A DNA stretch of 64,000 bases, from positions 103,604-167,603 of the forward strand of contig JBDRPX010000004.1 of the NCBI GenBank assembly GCA_043826565.1, written 5' to 3'. Under the pieces are notes generated by a model. The model ran no database searches, was not told the origin of the DNA, and saw only the letters and a program-made list of their open reading frames with translations. The position numbers and the translations under genes were made by a program. This DNA is from Candidatus Omnitrophota bacterium. GTDB lineage: Bacteria > Omnitrophota > Gorgyraeia > B26-G9. Positions 62,191 to 64,000 of the stretch are shown piece after piece (position 1 is the stretch's first letter; every line of letters begins with the position of its first letter).

Positions 62191-64000
62191 ATGCAAAGAA
62201 AAACATTATATCTTGTTGATGGAAACTCATACTGCTACCGCGCTTTTTATGCGATAGGGGATTTGCGTACTTCCGATGGCCGGCCTACCGGTGCTGTATT
62301 CGGGTTCGTGAATATGATTAATAAGCTTAAAAATGATGTGCGCCCGGATTATTTGGCGATTTGTTTTGATTTAAAAGGTCCGACGTTTCGGCATGAAAAA
62401 TTTGAGGCTTATAAGGCGCACCGAAAACCGATGCCGGATGATTTGGTTGCGCAGATGGGGATAATTAAGGAAGTTGTTACTGCTTACGGTATTCCGATTT
62501 TTGAATTAGACGGCTATGAGGCTGATGATGTTATTGCCAGCCTGGCGGTGAAGTTTAAAAAGAGTGTTGATGTGTATATTGTTACCGGTGATAAAGATAT
62601 GTTGCAACTGGTGGATGAATATGTTAAAATTTATAATCCGCAGAAAGAAAATACAGTTGTTGATGAAGATAAGGTCCAAGAGCTTTTTAGCGTCAAACCC
62701 AGCCAAATCACTGATTTTTTAGCTTTAGCCGGCGATAGTGCTGACAATATCCCCGGGGTTCCGGGTATCGGGAAAAAAACAGCCATTGAGTTAATCGGAA
62801 AATTTGGGAGTTTGGATGAAATTCTTGAAAATACAGATCAGATCCCTCAGCAAAAAAGACGGGAATTATTGGAAGAATATTCTGAACAGGCTCGTTTAAG
62901 TAAAGATCTCGCTTGTGTGATTACCGATGTTTTTGTGGCGGATACCATAGACGAGTTAAAAACAGAAGATATAGATACGAACAAACTGCGTGAGATATTC
63001 CGTGACCTGGAGTTTAAAAATCTGCTAAAAACATTATTTCATAATAATTCGGTTAATTCTTCTCCGGTTCCCCTAAAGATTATCCAGAGCGCGGTAGAAT
63101 TAAGCCAATTATGTAAAGAGTTTAACTCGGTAAAGGAATACTCTTTTTACGTATCTGTAAATGAAGAAAACAATAAGGCAATTGATTTTATCGACATTAG
63201 CCGCGATCTGAAAAATATTTATCGAATTATTCCCGGGAATTCTTTGGGATTTGAAGTAATAAAAAAAGAATTAGCGCCGGTTTTAAGTAATCCCGATATC
63301 CTGAAAATAAGTTATGATGTAAAATCTGCCGGGGTTGCTTTAGCTGATAAAGGCTTATTTCTTGAGGAACCGTTTTTTGATATTATGGTTGCCGCTTATT
63401 TACTTCAACCGAGTGAGGGTACTTTAAAAATAGAGGATATCGCACAGGCTTATCTTGATAAGAATATCTATACTGATACCCGTGCGGCCGAACAGATGCA
63501 ATTAAAGAAGAAACTTCTTCATGAGCTTAAAGAAAAAGAACTGGAGAAGTTGTTTTCAAAAGTAGAGATGCCTTTGGTTAGAGTTTTATCTTCCATGCAG
63601 CAGGTCGGGATTTGTGTCGACCGGAAGCTGCTGATTTCCACGGGCAAACAGCTGGATAAAAAACTAAATGAGTTAATCCAAAAAATTTATAAAATAAGCG
63701 GCTGTGAGTTTAATATAAATTCTACAAAACAATTAAGAGAAGTGCTCTTTGACCAGCTTAAATTGCCGGTTATAAAAAAAGGTAAAACCGGTCCTTCGAC
63801 TGATGCGGAGGTGCTGATGAGATTATCGGCGCAGCATGCGCTGCCGCAGAGTATTTTAGAATATCGGGAACTGGCTAAATTGAAATCTACATATGTTGAT
63901 GGAATGCTTGGCTTGATAGACCAGCAGACAAACAGACTTCATACATCTTTTAATCAGGCGGTTACCGCGACCGGACGTTTAAGTTCCAGCGCGCCGAATT
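62191..64000 (+). CDS. polA: DNA polymerase I (3'-truncated by the window edge; not in the ORF track)
   Basis: MQRKTLYLVDGNSYCYRAFYA, YKAHRKPMP, GYEADDVI, VTGDKD, LAGDSADNIPGVPGIGKKTA, FNINSTKQL, FNQAVTATGRLSSSAPN. Confidence 0.96.
   Translation, partial: MQRKTLYLVDGNSYCYRAFYAIGDLRTSDGRPTGAVFGFVNMINKLKNDVRPDYLAICFDLKGPTFRHEKFEAYKAHRKPMPDDLVAQMGIIKEVVTAYGIPIFELDGYEADDVIASLAVKFKKSVDVYIVTGDKDMLQLVDEYVKIYNPQKENTVVDEDKVQELFSVKPSQITDFLALAGDSADNIPGVPGIGKKTAIELIGKFGSLDEILENTDQIPQQKRRELLEEYSEQARLSKDLACVITDVFVADTIDELKTEDIDTNKLREIFRDLEFKNLLKTLFHNNSVNSSPVPLKIIQSAVELSQLCKEFNSVKEYSFYVSVNEENNKAIDFIDISRDLKNIYRIIPGNSLGFEVIKKELAPVLSNPDILKISYDVKSAGVALADKGLFLEEPFFDIMVAAYLLQPSEGTLKIEDIAQAYLDKNIYTDTRAAEQMQLKKKLLHELKEKELEKLFSKVEMPLVRVLSSMQQVGICVDRKLLISTGKQLDKKLNELIQKIYKISGCEFNINSTKQLREVLFDQLKLPVIKKGKTGPSTDAEVLMRLSAQHALPQSILEYRELAKLKSTYVDGMLGLIDQQTNRLHTSFNQAVTATGRLSSSAPN

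Overview
A 64 kb bacterial window in which every supported gene lies on the + strand. The combination of a giant gene, a non-canonical F-ATPase and type II/IV pilus genes suggests Omnitrophota/PVC (inference only). The left end is the tail of a surface-polysaccharide locus (PHP-like protein, WbqC, ExeA-type ATPase, PIG-L deacetylase, WecA/MraY-type transferase). The core is an apparently single regulated unit. A sigma70 promoter, a c-di-GMP-I riboswitch and an intrinsic terminator (4275-4437) precede (i) a Y1/HUH (RAYT-like) transposase domain fused to a transmembrane helix and an extracytoplasmic domain, (ii) a small secreted protein, (iii) an 8939-aa exported, C-terminally anchored protein with ~80 Ig-like repeats arranged in 7-unit super-repeats, and (iv) a divergent F-type ATPase cluster (epsilon, c, b-delta, alpha, gamma, beta) with no a subunit. 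A T2SS-like cluster follows, whose GspE carries a PilZ domain. After it come pgk-pilin-tpiA, a type IV pilus cluster (pilB, pilT, pilB, pilC, pilM-N, pilO-like, secretin) and a truncated polA. Many intergenic spaces contain inverted arrays of 7-bp repeats, and there are GTAG-type REP hairpins. No rRNA, tRNA or CRISPR array was seen. The best candidate for a new system is the c-di-GMP-controlled module of membrane-tethered transposase domain, giant adhesin, a-less F-ATPase and T2SS/T4P.
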